Both the position numbers and the translations under genes were made by a program. This document shows, piece by piece, positions 13,040-25,625 of a stretch of 64,000 bases of DNA. Position 1 is the first letter of the stretch, and every line of letters starts with the position of its first letter. The notes beneath the pieces are model-generated. The model searched no databases. It had not been told where the DNA came from and worked only from the letters and a program-made list of their open reading frames with translations. Origin of the DNA: Harriotta raleighana (Eukaryota); assembly GCA_050575255.1 (NCBI GenBank), contig JBNZDD010013491.1, positions 62,001 to 126,000 of the forward strand. The letters run 5' to 3'.

Positions 13040-13245
13040 CAATCCAAGGTCCCGTCTGCCTCTTTAGGTGGACGTTAAAGATCCCACAGCATTATTTAAA
13101 AGGAAAAGGAAGTTTGTTTTTGTATCCTGGCCAACAAATTCCACCCACCCCCTCCAGCCCTCCCCAAAAAATAGTCACTCACTCCATGGCTGTTTGTGGG
13201 ACACTGCTGATCACAAAATTGGCTACTTTGTTTGACAGCAACGTT
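13040..13245 (+). mobile_element. Old Deu-domain SINE (AmnSINE1/SacSINE1-like core)
   Basis: ggtcccgtctgcctctttaggtggacgttaaagatcccacagcattattt...tcctggccaa...gctgtttgtgggacactgctg...aaattggct. Confidence 0.75.
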
Positions 13246-13541
13246 GGGAGGATTACTATTGCAAGGATTATTATTATTATTATTTGATTCCTATCCCATT
13301 GCAAGGACATTTCAAAGTAACTCACAGGATTTCCTGTAAAGTATATTGACTGTATTTTGTAGGCAACTGTGGCAGCTAATTTGCCCACAACAATGCTTCC
13401 CCCCAATACATAAAGCTTGAATTGCAAAAATCCTCCAGCCAATGGCACCTGCCCTTTTCAGACAAAATATTATTATCAAATGTGGACTTCAATCTACTTA
13501 CTCTAAATCCTGGCAGAAATATTCTGTAGATACTCCATGAA

Positions 13542-13602
13542 CCTTCACTCAGTGCTGCTCTGAGTGAAGGGTGCTGTATAAATGCAAGTTGTTCTTGTTG
13601 TT
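13542..13602 (+). mobile_element. L2-type 3' tail with stem-loop
   Basis: ccttcactcag...ctgagtgaagg followed by gtgctgtataaatgcaagttgttcttgttg. Confidence 0.55.
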
Positions 13603-14123
13603 TTTATCGACTTTTCATAGACATTCGGTAATCCCAACTCTTGCTGCACAAAAATCGTAGTGGCAGGAATCTTTTAATGTCAAGGAATTAAATCTGACAC
13701 CTCCCCCATCCTCCCACAAGTAGACAGTATAATCTTTGTACTGTATATAGTCTGCAGATGTTGTGAAAGATATCAGTCTCTAACTGTTCAATGTTTAATC
13801 TTTCACCTCACTGTTTGTAATGGTAATCCACAATTTGTTTTAATACCTTAGTCAATTATGTATGGATTAGTGACTCACAAGCACTAAATAGTTTCTTTCT
13901 AGACACTCTGACATGCAACAAGATTTAAAGGCTCTGAAAAAACGAAGCCATTGATCAGTACAAGCTACTTTTACATTTGATACTGACTTTCTTTTAACAA
14001 TTTCTGATTATTTATAAACCTTGGACATGTAATGTCTTTACTTTGTTGTCACGATTACTACTAATCAATGGGTATTTTATGGTCTGTGTAAAACCAAAAC
14101 AAACTTCACTGAGAAACACAGAG

Positions 14124-14226
14124 AAATATACAGTCAATTCACTTTACAGTATATTATGTGAAGCACTTTGAGACGTCTCGAAGACGTGATAAGGCGCTAG
14201 ATTAAATATAAGGAATATTATTATTA
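14124..14226 (+). mobile_element. SINE 3' fragment
   Basis: cagtcaattcactttacagt...gagacgtctcgaagacgtg. Confidence 0.85.
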
Positions 14227-14387
14227 CTAAGATTGTTTGAAAGTGAAAATACTTAAATGTTACTGCCCAAAGGCAAAGGTATGTTCATCTGATGCAACAA
14301 AAATAACTAGTTAGCTATGAATTGACTTTGCAACTGAGCAAACAGTGAAGAAATACAATCTTTCTAATAGTTTCAAATTTTTTTAAT

Positions 14388-14695
14388 AAATAATAATCCT
14401 TGCATTTGATATAGCACTTTTCATGTCTTCTAAATGGCTCAAAGTGTTTCGCAGAATATACTATAAAGTGAATTTACTGTACAGTATATTTGTGGGCGAA
14501 ATGTGGCAGCCAATTGCGCATAGCAGTGTCCCACAAACATTCATGGATTGAGTGACTAAATTATTATAATTTTTTCTTGAGGCATTATTACCAGGCATGT
14601 AGAGTAAAGAAACTTGCCGAAGATTTCGCCCTGCTGGGAATCGAACCCAAGTCTCTTGCTTGCAAGGGGAGTCCTCTGATTGGTGACCTACAGGA
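14388..14695 (-). mobile_element. SINE, full length
   Basis: Tail, core and degenerate head. Confidence 0.9.
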
Positions 14696-15672
14696 AAAGT
14701 ACTCTCTTGCTTTCTGCTACATTTTGTAGTCCAACTAATATCAGTTCACATTTATCATGCAGATCCTTGCTACTTGGTCCTTCGACATTCTACAATCATC
14801 ACTCCAGATAACAAGGGAACCAGAAGGTACGTCATGACACTGTTGATCATTCTGGCAAACTGGAAGGGTATTCAGATGAACCTGATCAAAAAGGAATTGT
14901 TTCCTCGCAAAGAAAACTGTTTGTTAAACATCTCAACAACAAATCTATCACTTTGAAAATATTACTGTGCAATCTGTGTGGAATATCATTATAATGAAAG
15001 TGACACATCCTCCAAAAGTTTGAAATTGCTTTTATTATATTACTCAAAAATGTTTAAGCAAAGTTCCAAAAAATTATTATTATATTATTATAAAATGATA
15101 ATTATTCCTGTAGATCACCTGACAGTGTAAAAAGAAACCCGGTTCTGATGTCGATTTGACTTCAACCACTGGCTCAACTCTCAACCCCCACCCACTTTCC
15201 CCCACCCTCGCCNCCCACCCACTTTCCCCTACCCTCGCCTAATAGGGGAATGTTGAAGTTTATTGTAGAGCCCTTACCATCACCACAGCTAAATCTGTAT
15301 NACTGGCTCAACTCTCAACCCCCACCCACTTTCCCCCACCCTCGCCTAATAGGGGAATGTTGAAGTTTATTGTAGAGCCCTTACCATCACCACAGCTAAA
15401 TCTGTATTGATTTGCAATGAATCTTGGACTGTAGAGATATCCATTGATTAACACCACACCGACATTTCTAAACTTTGTTACCACATCCTGTTGATCACAA
15501 AGTACATCAATCTAGAATAAAGAGCAAGGATCAATAGTATCAATATTGTATGCCCGACTAATTCAAATTCTGGTAACACGAATAGAGTTAAAATGATTAC
15601 GTTTGAAATATATTTGTTATCTTTAGTTTCATTGCTTCAAATATCAGGGATTTCAGTTAATTTAGATATTTT

Positions 15673-15976
15673 GCGGTGTTGTGTGGTTCAGTGGTTAGAG
15701 CACTCACCTTACAAGCGTGAGACCTGTGTTTCGAATCCAGGCAGGTTGAAACTTTGGGCAAGTTTCCTTACTCCACACACCTAATAATAATGTGTCCAAA
15801 AAACAACAAGAATAAATTGGTCATTACAATCCACGACTATTTGTGGGACTCTGATGTGCGCAATTAGCTACTTCATTTCCCCCACAAATATACAGTCAAT
15901 TCACTTTGAAGTGCTTTGAGGCGTCTAGAAGACGTGAGAAGGCCCTCTAGCAAATGCAAGGGTTATTCTTATTATT
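15673..15976 (+). mobile_element. SINE, full length (TAC-loop subfamily)
   Basis: tggttcagtggttagagcactcaccttacaagcgtgagacctgtgtttcgaatcc plus core and tail. Confidence 0.9.
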
Positions 15977-16084
15977 AATATTATTTTGATACCTAGATAT
16001 TTCAGGTGTTTTAGAACACAAACTGAGGGAATAAGGTGCCCATACAATAACTTGGCATCTACACACATGTGGAACTCTCTTTAC

Positions 16085-16205
16085 GCTCGCCTCCAAAAAT
16101 ATACAGTCGATTTATCGTATATTGTCGTACAGTATATTCTGTGAAGCGCTTTGAGACATCTTGATGACGTGATAAGACACTGTTTCAAATGCAAGGATTA
16201 TTATT
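16085..16205 (+). mobile_element. SINE 3' fragment
   Basis: cagtatattctgtgaagcgctttgagac...aaatgcaaggattattatt. Confidence 0.8.
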
Positions 16206-17085
16206 TATATGTTTAGGAGACTTGTAAACATGGTGATAGATGTGTGTATTTCAGCTGACCAAAGAACCACAAGACCTTTGCAGACCACTTAATGCAACCT
16301 AATGCAAATTTAATCAAACTGTGAGTCATTTGACCTGAACCACTAAACATGGCCTGTGATACGGTTGTACTCTTAATGTTTTTCAGGAGTATACAAGATA
16401 ATGAATGGTGGCTCCTGTATTGATTGAATAACAAAGCCTCGTCCCTAAAGCATGTCAGCAGAACAATAAGATAGTCTGTATGAGTAACACGCCTGATAAG
16501 AGGAGTTTAAGATCAGTTTACTTCGGTTGAGCAATTTGTAGAATTGTATTCCCAAACTATGTAAATTTCAGGCACCTTATTTGCTCAGTTTGAGTCAATA
16601 TTTTTTGCGTTGATGAATTGATTCTCTGACACAAGGCTTTCACCTCCCTTGGTGCTGCATGGGCTGGAGTTACCTGCACAGTGGTGAGCCTGTTCCATGT
16701 CCCAATGTACCACATCCTGCTTGCGACATGGGGTGAGGAGAAGGAATACAACAGTGCGGTCTGCTCAGCTCACTGTTTTAATTGGTTTGAAACACAGCTG
16801 TGTCCCTTCCATCTCTAATTATCTGTCTCTGTTGGGTATAAAAGGAACATGGCTTTGCATGAAGCTGAATAAAGCATCTTGCCTTAGAAATAAGAGTCTA
16901 GATTGTATATGCAGACTGCAATTAAAAAAAAGATGGACAAATTGCACCGGTAATCCAGCAAAGGGTATAGTTTACATTAATGCTCCTTCAGTGTCAGAAA
17001 TGCTGATCAAATTTTAACCATGGACTGCACTGACCATGAAGTTATGAAAGCAACAAATACAATTGAAATCTTGCAATATACATTT

Positions 17086-17225
17086 AATAATAATAATCCT
17101 TGTATTTGATAACTTTGACATCTTTGAGATGTCACAAAGCACTTCACAGAATATATTGTGAAGCGTATTCACTGTATATTCTGTGGGCAAAACGCACTAG
17201 CCAAATGCGCACTGAAGTGTCTCCC
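17086..17225 (-). mobile_element. SINE 3' fragment
   Basis: Tail plus partial core. Confidence 0.75.
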
Positions 17226-19199
17226 CCCAATTTTTTTTATTGCAGCAATATCTCTGATTCAGAAAGTCTGTTCACGGGTGGACAGAGTACTGACTGAAAC
17301 AGTGCAAAGTACAGTAACTTAAAAGACATTTCCATGAGTGACTAGTGGTGAATTGCTATCAATGTTGCATTAATAGTGTGAAACATGCAATATGAAAAGA
17401 CATCAGTGTGTTATGTGCGTAGATATATGCAATATCCTCTATGGAAAATGTTTATGTTACTATAACAAAAATGGCAAAGCACTCTGCATAATCAGATTGT
17501 AATTATAATAGCTAGGCCTGAGGGGTGTGCAATTTTGCTTCTCAAATAAAAATATGAATGTAGTTTTTATATCCATCCTAATAATTTATTGTTCTGTAGA
17601 AACTGTATGAGTGTTTTTTCTCTACCTTCTTGTAGGTACAACTTAATAATTTTCAGACTTTTTTTCAAAAAGTGAAATCTTTTTATTAAAAGGTGTTTTA
17701 CTATAGTAATACATTTGCTATTTGTAGAAGTATAATGGTAGATTCAATGATCACATCTTTGTACGGTAGAGAACCACAGAACATTTGGCAAGTATTAAAC
17801 CGAAAACCCAGAGACACTTGAAGAGATGTTGAATTCATTAAATCAATGAGCATTCTGATGCAATAAAATCTTTTATTTTACACTGAAGCAATCTATGAAT
17901 TGTTAGAAACTCGACCAAGAAACTTGGCACGCGTGTCAAGTAAAGGAAACCTAGGGTCCATTTAGAAACAGATCTAAACAAAGTAGAGACCTTAATTAAG
18001 CTGAAATGGGCAATTTTAAGTTAACTCGATTCAGACAATGGTGTCACTTTCACAAAATGTCACTACACAAATCGAGCTGTGAGTACTACCTGTGGGGCCA
18101 TAAATGACTTCTCTTCCCTCGTTCAGCAGAAGTGCCCCTCCCCCACAGCGTTGCTGAGATGGATCACTTGTTAATGATAACTAATTTCTTCGCACCATTT
18201 GGGCTGTGGCACACCAGGACATCAATATTCCAGATTCATTCAAATCTATATCGGTGATATTCCGCATATGTATGAACAATTTCCCTAAAATGTTACTCAA
18301 GAAACATTTACACTTTCTGATCTTTTTAATGAATTCTATTGTTGCATATCAGCTTTAATAACATAAGTGGCAATTGATTAAGGATGACAAAGTGACAAAT
18401 ATAAAAGGATTCTGGGAAGAGTGACTTTGCGGAGGGGATTTTCAAAGAGATTGTGAAATGGGTTGATTTGAAAGAAGTTGAATTTGTAAAGTTTGCATTG
18501 AAGATTTAAGCATATCTACATTGGGTTTTGTGGATTAAATAACAGTAATCTATGACTCAGAGGCACGAGTCATTGTGGAATTTCCTTAAGAGCTGGACAA
18601 TGACTAGGGTTTTACAGAAGTACTGGCTAGACTATACGTATGGATTACTCACTTGTTTATGATATTGTTAGTCAGCTGGTTGACGAGATCATTGTTTAAG
18701 TAGAAGCAACTGACTGATAATCAATTCTGTTTTGACTGTGTTTTATTCAGGCTCCATTTTCATACGTTTTCATCGTTCTTATGAACATGATCCATTAGAT
18801 TTCATTTAGTCTCTTTATGTGACACAGAATACCTTGGCTATTGCTCAATGTATCTCGGCAACCTCATGACAGAGTAATGGAAAGTCATCTAGTTTTTTTA
18901 AAAAATGAATTAATGTTGGATCACTGAATTAAACGTTTTTTCAAAAATCATTGAACCTGATTGTTGGTATAAATTCATCTCTTCAAAGGAGGTTAGCCAC
19001 ACTCCTTCCCCAACAAACATTCCCAGTCTCCCTCTGGTGGTTGTGTCTTGTACAAGCCATCCATCAATCACATTTATATCAAGGAGTTGAAACATGTAGT
19101 AACTAAATTAGTCACGGATAGGCAGAACTATAGCTTGTGTATTTGCTGAACTAAGATGGCACCAAAGAAATCCTGCTGGATTCAAAACTGAGTGTGCAA

Positions 19200-19425
19200 A
19201 TGGGAGATGAGTTCCGAGTTGTGAAGGGCAAGTTTAGGAGAAAGTATTGAGTTTTATTTACGCACACACATAAAGGGCAATTAATACAGGTACAGGTTAA
19301 AAGGAAAGGTGGTTGAGGTCAGTACCTGGACTCATTTAATAAGCAGTTGGAAATACAGCAGGGGTGGGTGCCTTGGAAGTATGAGATCAAACTTGTGATC
19401 TTGCAAACATTCTGATCACGTTTAC
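19200..19425 (+). mobile_element. Degraded CR1-like LINE 3' end
   Basis: Fragments read as VVKGKFR...F.TH...INT...KVVEVST..SF.KQL, resembling the CR1 ORF2 C-terminus; heavily decayed. Confidence 0.45.
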
Positions 19426-19477
19426 AACTGGTAAAACAGTATTGCACCATTCTTCCGCACATGGAGTTTGATGACAG

Positions 19478-19720
19478 ACAACAACAACAAAATTACATTT
19501 ATATAGAGCCTTTCACTTTGGGAGGATGTCCCAAGTTCGGGACCTAAGCATGGGAAAGGGCCAGGGTAGGGGGAAGGGGCAGGAGAGAGTTAGGAAAGGA
19601 GGGAGAGAGTGCAAAAGGCACGATCGAAGAGGAGGGTCTTGAGACCGGTCTTGAAGAATGCAAGGGAGGGAGCGAGGCGAAGAGACCATGGGATGGAGTT
19701 CCAGAGTGTGGGGGGGCAGA
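19478..19720 (-). mobile_element. L2 LINE 3' end
   Basis: Encodes PTLWNSIPWSLRLAPSLAFFKTGLKTLLFDRAF (L2 ORF2 C-terminus), then a stem-loop tail and (TTG)n. Confidence 0.9.
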
Positions 19721-21621
19721 GAGGCCTAATAATAGGTCTCCCTTTAATTCCTCTTGTCCCCACTTTGCAATTGTCTCCCGTCATCACTTTGCAAAGGAAA
19801 GCATGTCTTTGACCATCACTTCTGTGCACAGTGATCGTTTCACAGAATCAAAACAGGAACCGAGCTGCTGGAATTTATCACGCAGCAGCATCTCAGCAAC
19901 CCATTTGCTCTTCTTACATTACCAGACTTTCACTTCCCATCAAGTTAAACTTTGTTTCTCTTTGCACTGACATACAAAAATGTGCACAGTGACGGTAACC
20001 CATTTCTTGCACTGAATCAAAGTAAACTTGTGATTCATTTGCACAATTCACAAGATTAGCTGTGACACATGCCAGTTGTGGTTTTGTAAGTTTTGTTCCA
20101 TTTACTTCCTGATAAATGTTAACCGTCTTCCAAAAGAAAAGTGATACCTTTTGTTTCCATTTCATAGAGAATCAGTACAATCAAGCCCACACAGAATGTA
20201 TACAAATCTAACTTGCAAAAAGCACTGATACATTACAAGCAGCCAGTCCTGAGGGCAGTAATTCATTTTATTCTATTCTAGTCTGGTTCCAAGGAAGATT
20301 ACACTGGTTATTTTCTAGAACTAGAAAACTATATACAGTACAGAAGAAGAACATTTTGGTGTGGAGGTGATGTTTATTCACGTTTGGTATGGGAAGCGGC
20401 TGGGCTATTGTCAGCCATGGGTCTTATTATCGGGCGTTCACTGTATTTCCACCTAAACCATCCCTGAAAGGTCTATGTGGTTTTCACACTGCCTACTTCA
20501 CACAATGATGTTTCAGTTTCATCGAATGAGTTCTAGCATCTATTTTGGCTGTTGTCCATTGACCAATGCTTGATCCCAGTCCTCAAGTGTTTTTCATTTT
20601 AAAATAATTCTTAAGTTTCATATTATTCTTGGCAGCTTTAATCATTCACTTTGATCTCGCTCTTGTTATTTTTCACATTGGCACATGCTGTATTACATTT
20701 TGCATGTCTAAAGTAAACTTCTAAATATTCTTCCATTGTTTTGTATTCAAGTGCCATTGTCCTTTGATTTTCCTGAAGGACCCATCTCATAAACCCACTC
20801 TTCCACATCACTGAATATTATTTTATCGTCTCCGTTCTAACCACCTACAAATACACAGTCACGACACCGTACAGCAAAATCTTGTGAAGTGATGAGGTGC
20901 TATATTTCTGCAAAGATTATTATTGATAACAATAGTAATTGCAAATTTATCAAATTAAACAAAAAAAAGGTTTTCCAATTGTCTTGTTCATAATCATCTC
21001 TAGTATGAAATATAATTTTATCCAGCTGTATACTGTATATTATTTCCATCAATTTGAATATTCGATAATACCCCTCCTAATATGTTTCAAGCAAGGGCAC
21101 TGTTAATCCTCTTCATCCATTTTTTTGATAGCTCAATCATTTAAAAAACAGGTTGCAGTTTGAAGGATAGCTGGAGTTTGAAGGATGCTGCAATCTGAAC
21201 TATGTTTATGTGGCTCCCACTAGTGTCCAGAAGCTGAATATGACCATCAGCAACAAATCAGTCCAGAGATTTTTCTGCTGGGAAAATAAATGAAGCTTAA
21301 GATAATGATTTATTTTCCTTAGAAGAAGTAAAGCATTTTCCAAACTAAATCTGCCAAAATTAATGCATTCCGCAAATGTTACAATGAAAGCAAACAAGAA
21401 ATTCTCATGATCTGGCTCCAGATTAAATTAACAGAAAAACACTGCTTTTAAAATCTGCGAAAAAAAAACTGCTTAAAAATAAAACTGAATACTGTAACAG
21501 CTTTCTAAGCACTCTATATATATAAATATAATTTTGTGTCAGCAATATTCAACAGAAAGTTCAACAGCTTTGGCAAAATAATAGGAAAACATTAACACAT
21601 CATAAATGGGTATTGTTTTTA

Positions 21622-21858
21622 TTATAATAATAATCCGTGCATTTGATGCAGCGCTTTTCATGTTTTCTGGATATCTCAAAGAGCTTCACAGAATATACTG
21701 TAAAGTGAATTGACTGTATATTTGTGGGTGAAACGCAGCAGCCAATTGGGAACAGCAATGTCCCACAAACAGTCGTGGATTGAAATGACCAATTTTATTA
21801 TTATGTTTCTTTTGGAGGGATTATTATTATGTGGCATGTGACGTAAGGAAACTTTCCC
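21622..21858 (-). mobile_element. SINE, 5'-truncated
   Basis: Tail, core and linker. Confidence 0.88.
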
Positions 21859-22391
21859 ATGAATGAATGCTGAGCACCACAGCACACTTATTTCATTTAT
21901 GTAACAGGTTTGCTGAAAGCAACTGTGGAATTCCCAATGCAAACTGATGAATTAATTCAAAATGAATGTACGATGATCCTGTGTATATATACAGTATATA
22001 TTTGAAAAGTCATACAAAATGGGCTTTAATCTTATGTTTTAGGAGGAGGTTGTTCACTTCAATTCATAACAATTGTCCTCTTGATATCAAAGCATCTTTA
22101 GTGAGTCAGTGTCCCATATAATATACATAGGTGAACACCTAATATTGCATACATTTGATATAGTGTCGTATCATGTCTTTGAGACATTTCAAAGCGCTTC
22201 ACAGAATATAATATAAAAGGAATTGATAGTATGTTTTCTTCCTGCACATAATTCTAACCAAAATTTAACTATCCATCTACTAACTAAACTGTTCTTCACT
22301 TCGTTTTTTTTTTAATTGGAGGGGAGGGGGGGGTCATATTTTACATTGAAGCATTATATATCATTTCCAGGGCGGTACTTGAAGACGAAGT

Positions 22392-22936
22392 ACGATTTTG
22401 AGCTCAAATAAGCCACAGAAGCTAAGAGCCTAGAGAAAAGATGTGCGGTTCCCCTCTGTGACTATAAGGGAGAGGAGCAATAAATTAAAATAATCTATTT
22501 AGTGGAGTCCTCTAGCTCAGTGGTTAGAGCACACGTCTTGAAATTGAGAGACTTAGGTTTGATTCCAAACCAGCAAGGCGAAACCTTGGCCAACTTTTCT
22601 TACTCTACACGCCTGACAATAATCCCACAACAAAGATTGGTCATTTCAATCCATGACTATTTCCGGGACACTGCTGTGTGCAATTGGCTGCCGCGTTTCG
22701 CCCACACACACACACACACAGAGTCAATTCACGTTACAGTAAATTCTGTGAAGCATTTTGAGACGTCTAGAAGACCGTGAAAAGCGCTATATCAAATGCA
22801 AGGATTACCACAGAGCCAACGCTTTGAGCCGAAACAAACCACAGTAGCCAAAAGTCTGGAGAAAGCTGTACATTTTCCCTCTGTGTCTATTAAAGGGAGA
22901 GGAGCAACACAATAAATGACAATAATCTACTCAGTG
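22392..22936 (+). repeat. Diverged direct repeats of about 115 bp (22392-22504 and 22819-22936) flanking a SINE
   Basis: tttgagc...ccacag...gagaaa...ccctctgtg.cta...gggagaggagcaa...aataatcta...agtg occurs in both copies. Confidence 0.85.
22503..22807 (+). mobile_element. SINE, full length
   Basis: tggagtcctctagctcagtggttagagc head, core with CA expansion, tail. Confidence 0.92.
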
Positions 22937-25539
22937 CAAGGAACGGGTTCTGCAACCTTTGAGATCTCAAACGTTTAGACAAAACACTGTATTTCAAACA
23001 ACGTAAAACAATTAACGCATTGTTCGAATGAAATCACTGCGTTGGTTTATTTATTTACTTATACATTTATGTCGTGTCCCCCCCCCCCCCCCCCCCCCCA
23101 CCACCACCAGCCCGACAAAAATAAAAGGAAAATAAGATGAGAAATTAAACAGAATGTCTTGACTTTATTTTAAGAACAAAATATCGATTTTGCATCCACA
23201 CAATCGCCGGACATCTGTGAATAAAACTGCCGCATATTTTCCTGTTGCAATAGATTGAAAAATAAACATTGCTTGACCCGCACATACCTTGCTCTGGGGT
23301 GGGGGGAGGAGGAGAGAGGAGTGAGAGGGTGGAGAGTCTGGATGCGAGGCGAATCGTGAGTTATTTTCATTGACAAACTGTTTAAGACATTTAGCGGATT
23401 CTCAGTACAGTGATAAGATGCCTTCACACACACCAAACCAACAGAAAGAAAGAGACGGAGGGAGGGAGAGAGAGGGTGACACATAAATATACATGACCAA
23501 TTCATAATAATCTCACTCATAATTATAATAATACACAATAACATCATTCGATTCATGGTTTGAACCGATTGTGGGAATAAAATGCGTTGATCTTTCCCAT
23601 CCAGCGATGGATGCAACTTACAACGAATGGGTGTCCAACCGTTTCCACATTGAGTTATCCCGTTTACTTATTTATTTGTATGTTCAATGTTCCCTGAGGC
23701 GTGTTCAGTAGTTTCTGCAAACATTTTTTTTGAGGGGGGGGCTAAATTGAAGTTAGCTGAGGCTCACTTTATTTAGAAAGTTCATCCAAGCCACCAACTG
23801 AGACTGAGAAATCCTTATATATCCCTTTGCTCTGTTACTTTGACTTACCTTATTACTCCCGGGTTTCAATATTGAGCAGACTTCTTGCCGCTAAAATATA
23901 AGGACAGGTCGTTAATACGATCACCATTCAATCAATAATAATCAGAAAGAAACCTTGCATTTTAAATGCTGAAGCGTCCCATCAGGTTTCTCAGCCCGTC
24001 TCAAAGCGCTTAACAGAATATAATGGGAATGTGGATTGACTGGATATCTTGGGGGAGAGGTACCCCAACAGCTGAATATTCAACCCTTTCGGGGTATATT
24101 ATTTCTACGTGAATAATCCATCTGGGAAACCGCATCTTTGACTCCAATATGGAAATGAATCTCAACTGGAGATGTCTCAGAAATTTCAGGGCAGATTGTT
24201 GTTCTGCTTAACCTGAACTGTCGTTGTCTTGTTTAACACTTAGGGGTGGGTGGGTGGGAGTGGGGGTGAGGGGGTGGTGGCTGTAATATTACACTCGGTG
24301 AATTGGAGACACAGTAGTTGTCAGTCCACGTGTTATCTCTTTTCAGCATCTTTTTACTACAAAAGCTCAGTGCTACCTTTCCAGAAACAACAGCTACTGA
24401 CTGTTAACTCGGTCCAAATGCAAACATTTATTTTCTCTCTCAAAGAATCGCTAGGAAACCAACCCACATTTCTTGAAAAACGAAGTCGAAGGTCACTGAG
24501 ATTGAACTGTGAACCGACAGTGTGGATTAGAGCAACGTGTTTGTCGTTCAGCACAGACAAATATTGGCCAATGTAATGTCGCCACATCGCCGACAGGGGA
24601 CACTATTTGAGCAGCTATCATTCCTCGTTGTGTTTTCCCCCCTTGTTAATAGAGATTTGCTTTTCCCCCCTTCTGTGTTAACGTGACTGTTAAACAAATA
24701 AAGATATAAATAAGATGGGAGTTGGACATACAGGTAACATGTAATATCCCCCCCCCCCCCCCCCCCCCCCCCCCANCCCCAAAAAAGGAAGAAAATTAAA
24801 ATAAACCAGCAGGAACGATTCCTCACAAAGAAAAAAAACATTTAATTCAAGAGGAAGAGATTTTTGTTTAATTTTTTTTGGATAATTGATTAAAATTAGA
24901 AGGACAAACTCTCTGAACAGGCTCATTCATATTTCTGAAAATATTTCCCCATCAAACATTACCAATCAAATAATTTATTATTATTATTACTAGCCACAAT
25001 ATACTTACCACAATAGTCCTTGTGTTTACTATTCCACTCGTACCTGCTTATTTTCTCTCTCTAATCTACATGTGGAGTGAGGATCTTAAAGATAGTACTA
25101 AGAGGGGAGATGGGGAAAGCAATAATAATCCTTGCATTGGATCCAGTAACTCCTCGCCTCGTCGAAAAGATCTTCACTGGATTTTACTGTGAAATGCAAT
25201 GAGAAGTGTTTGCAGGACAACGGTTGACGTGACTTTCATCCTCTGTTACTTGTTGTTGGTGCAAATTTATCCTTACAAACTGATCGGGCATTTATTTAAG
25301 ACTACGTTTACCATTTCGAAGGCATTATTTCAATTTAAAAACACATACACTAACTGCTGTTTGGTTAGCTTAACTGTGTGTTATATGGATATTATGGGCA
25401 TTGGATATTGAGACGTCTAGAAAACGTGAAAAGAGCTATATCAAATGCAAGGATTATTATAATATTATTATTGGATATTTTGAGATGGAGGAGAGTGTTC
25501 GAATGATTTGCAAATAAACAGTTTGACATATACGAGATT

Positions 25540-25625
25540 TCAGCTGTACAGCTATGTTCAGCTGTATAGCTGTTTAGCTATGTTCAGCTGTATAGCTGTT
25601 TAGCTATGTTTAGCTGTATAGCTGA
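25540..25625. repeat. Minisatellite built of tagctgt/ttcagctgta units
   Basis: Directly visible tandem repeats. Confidence 0.85.

Noticed and set aside
25540-25625. CRISPR-like array
   Set aside because: Eukaryotic minisatellite without unique spacers
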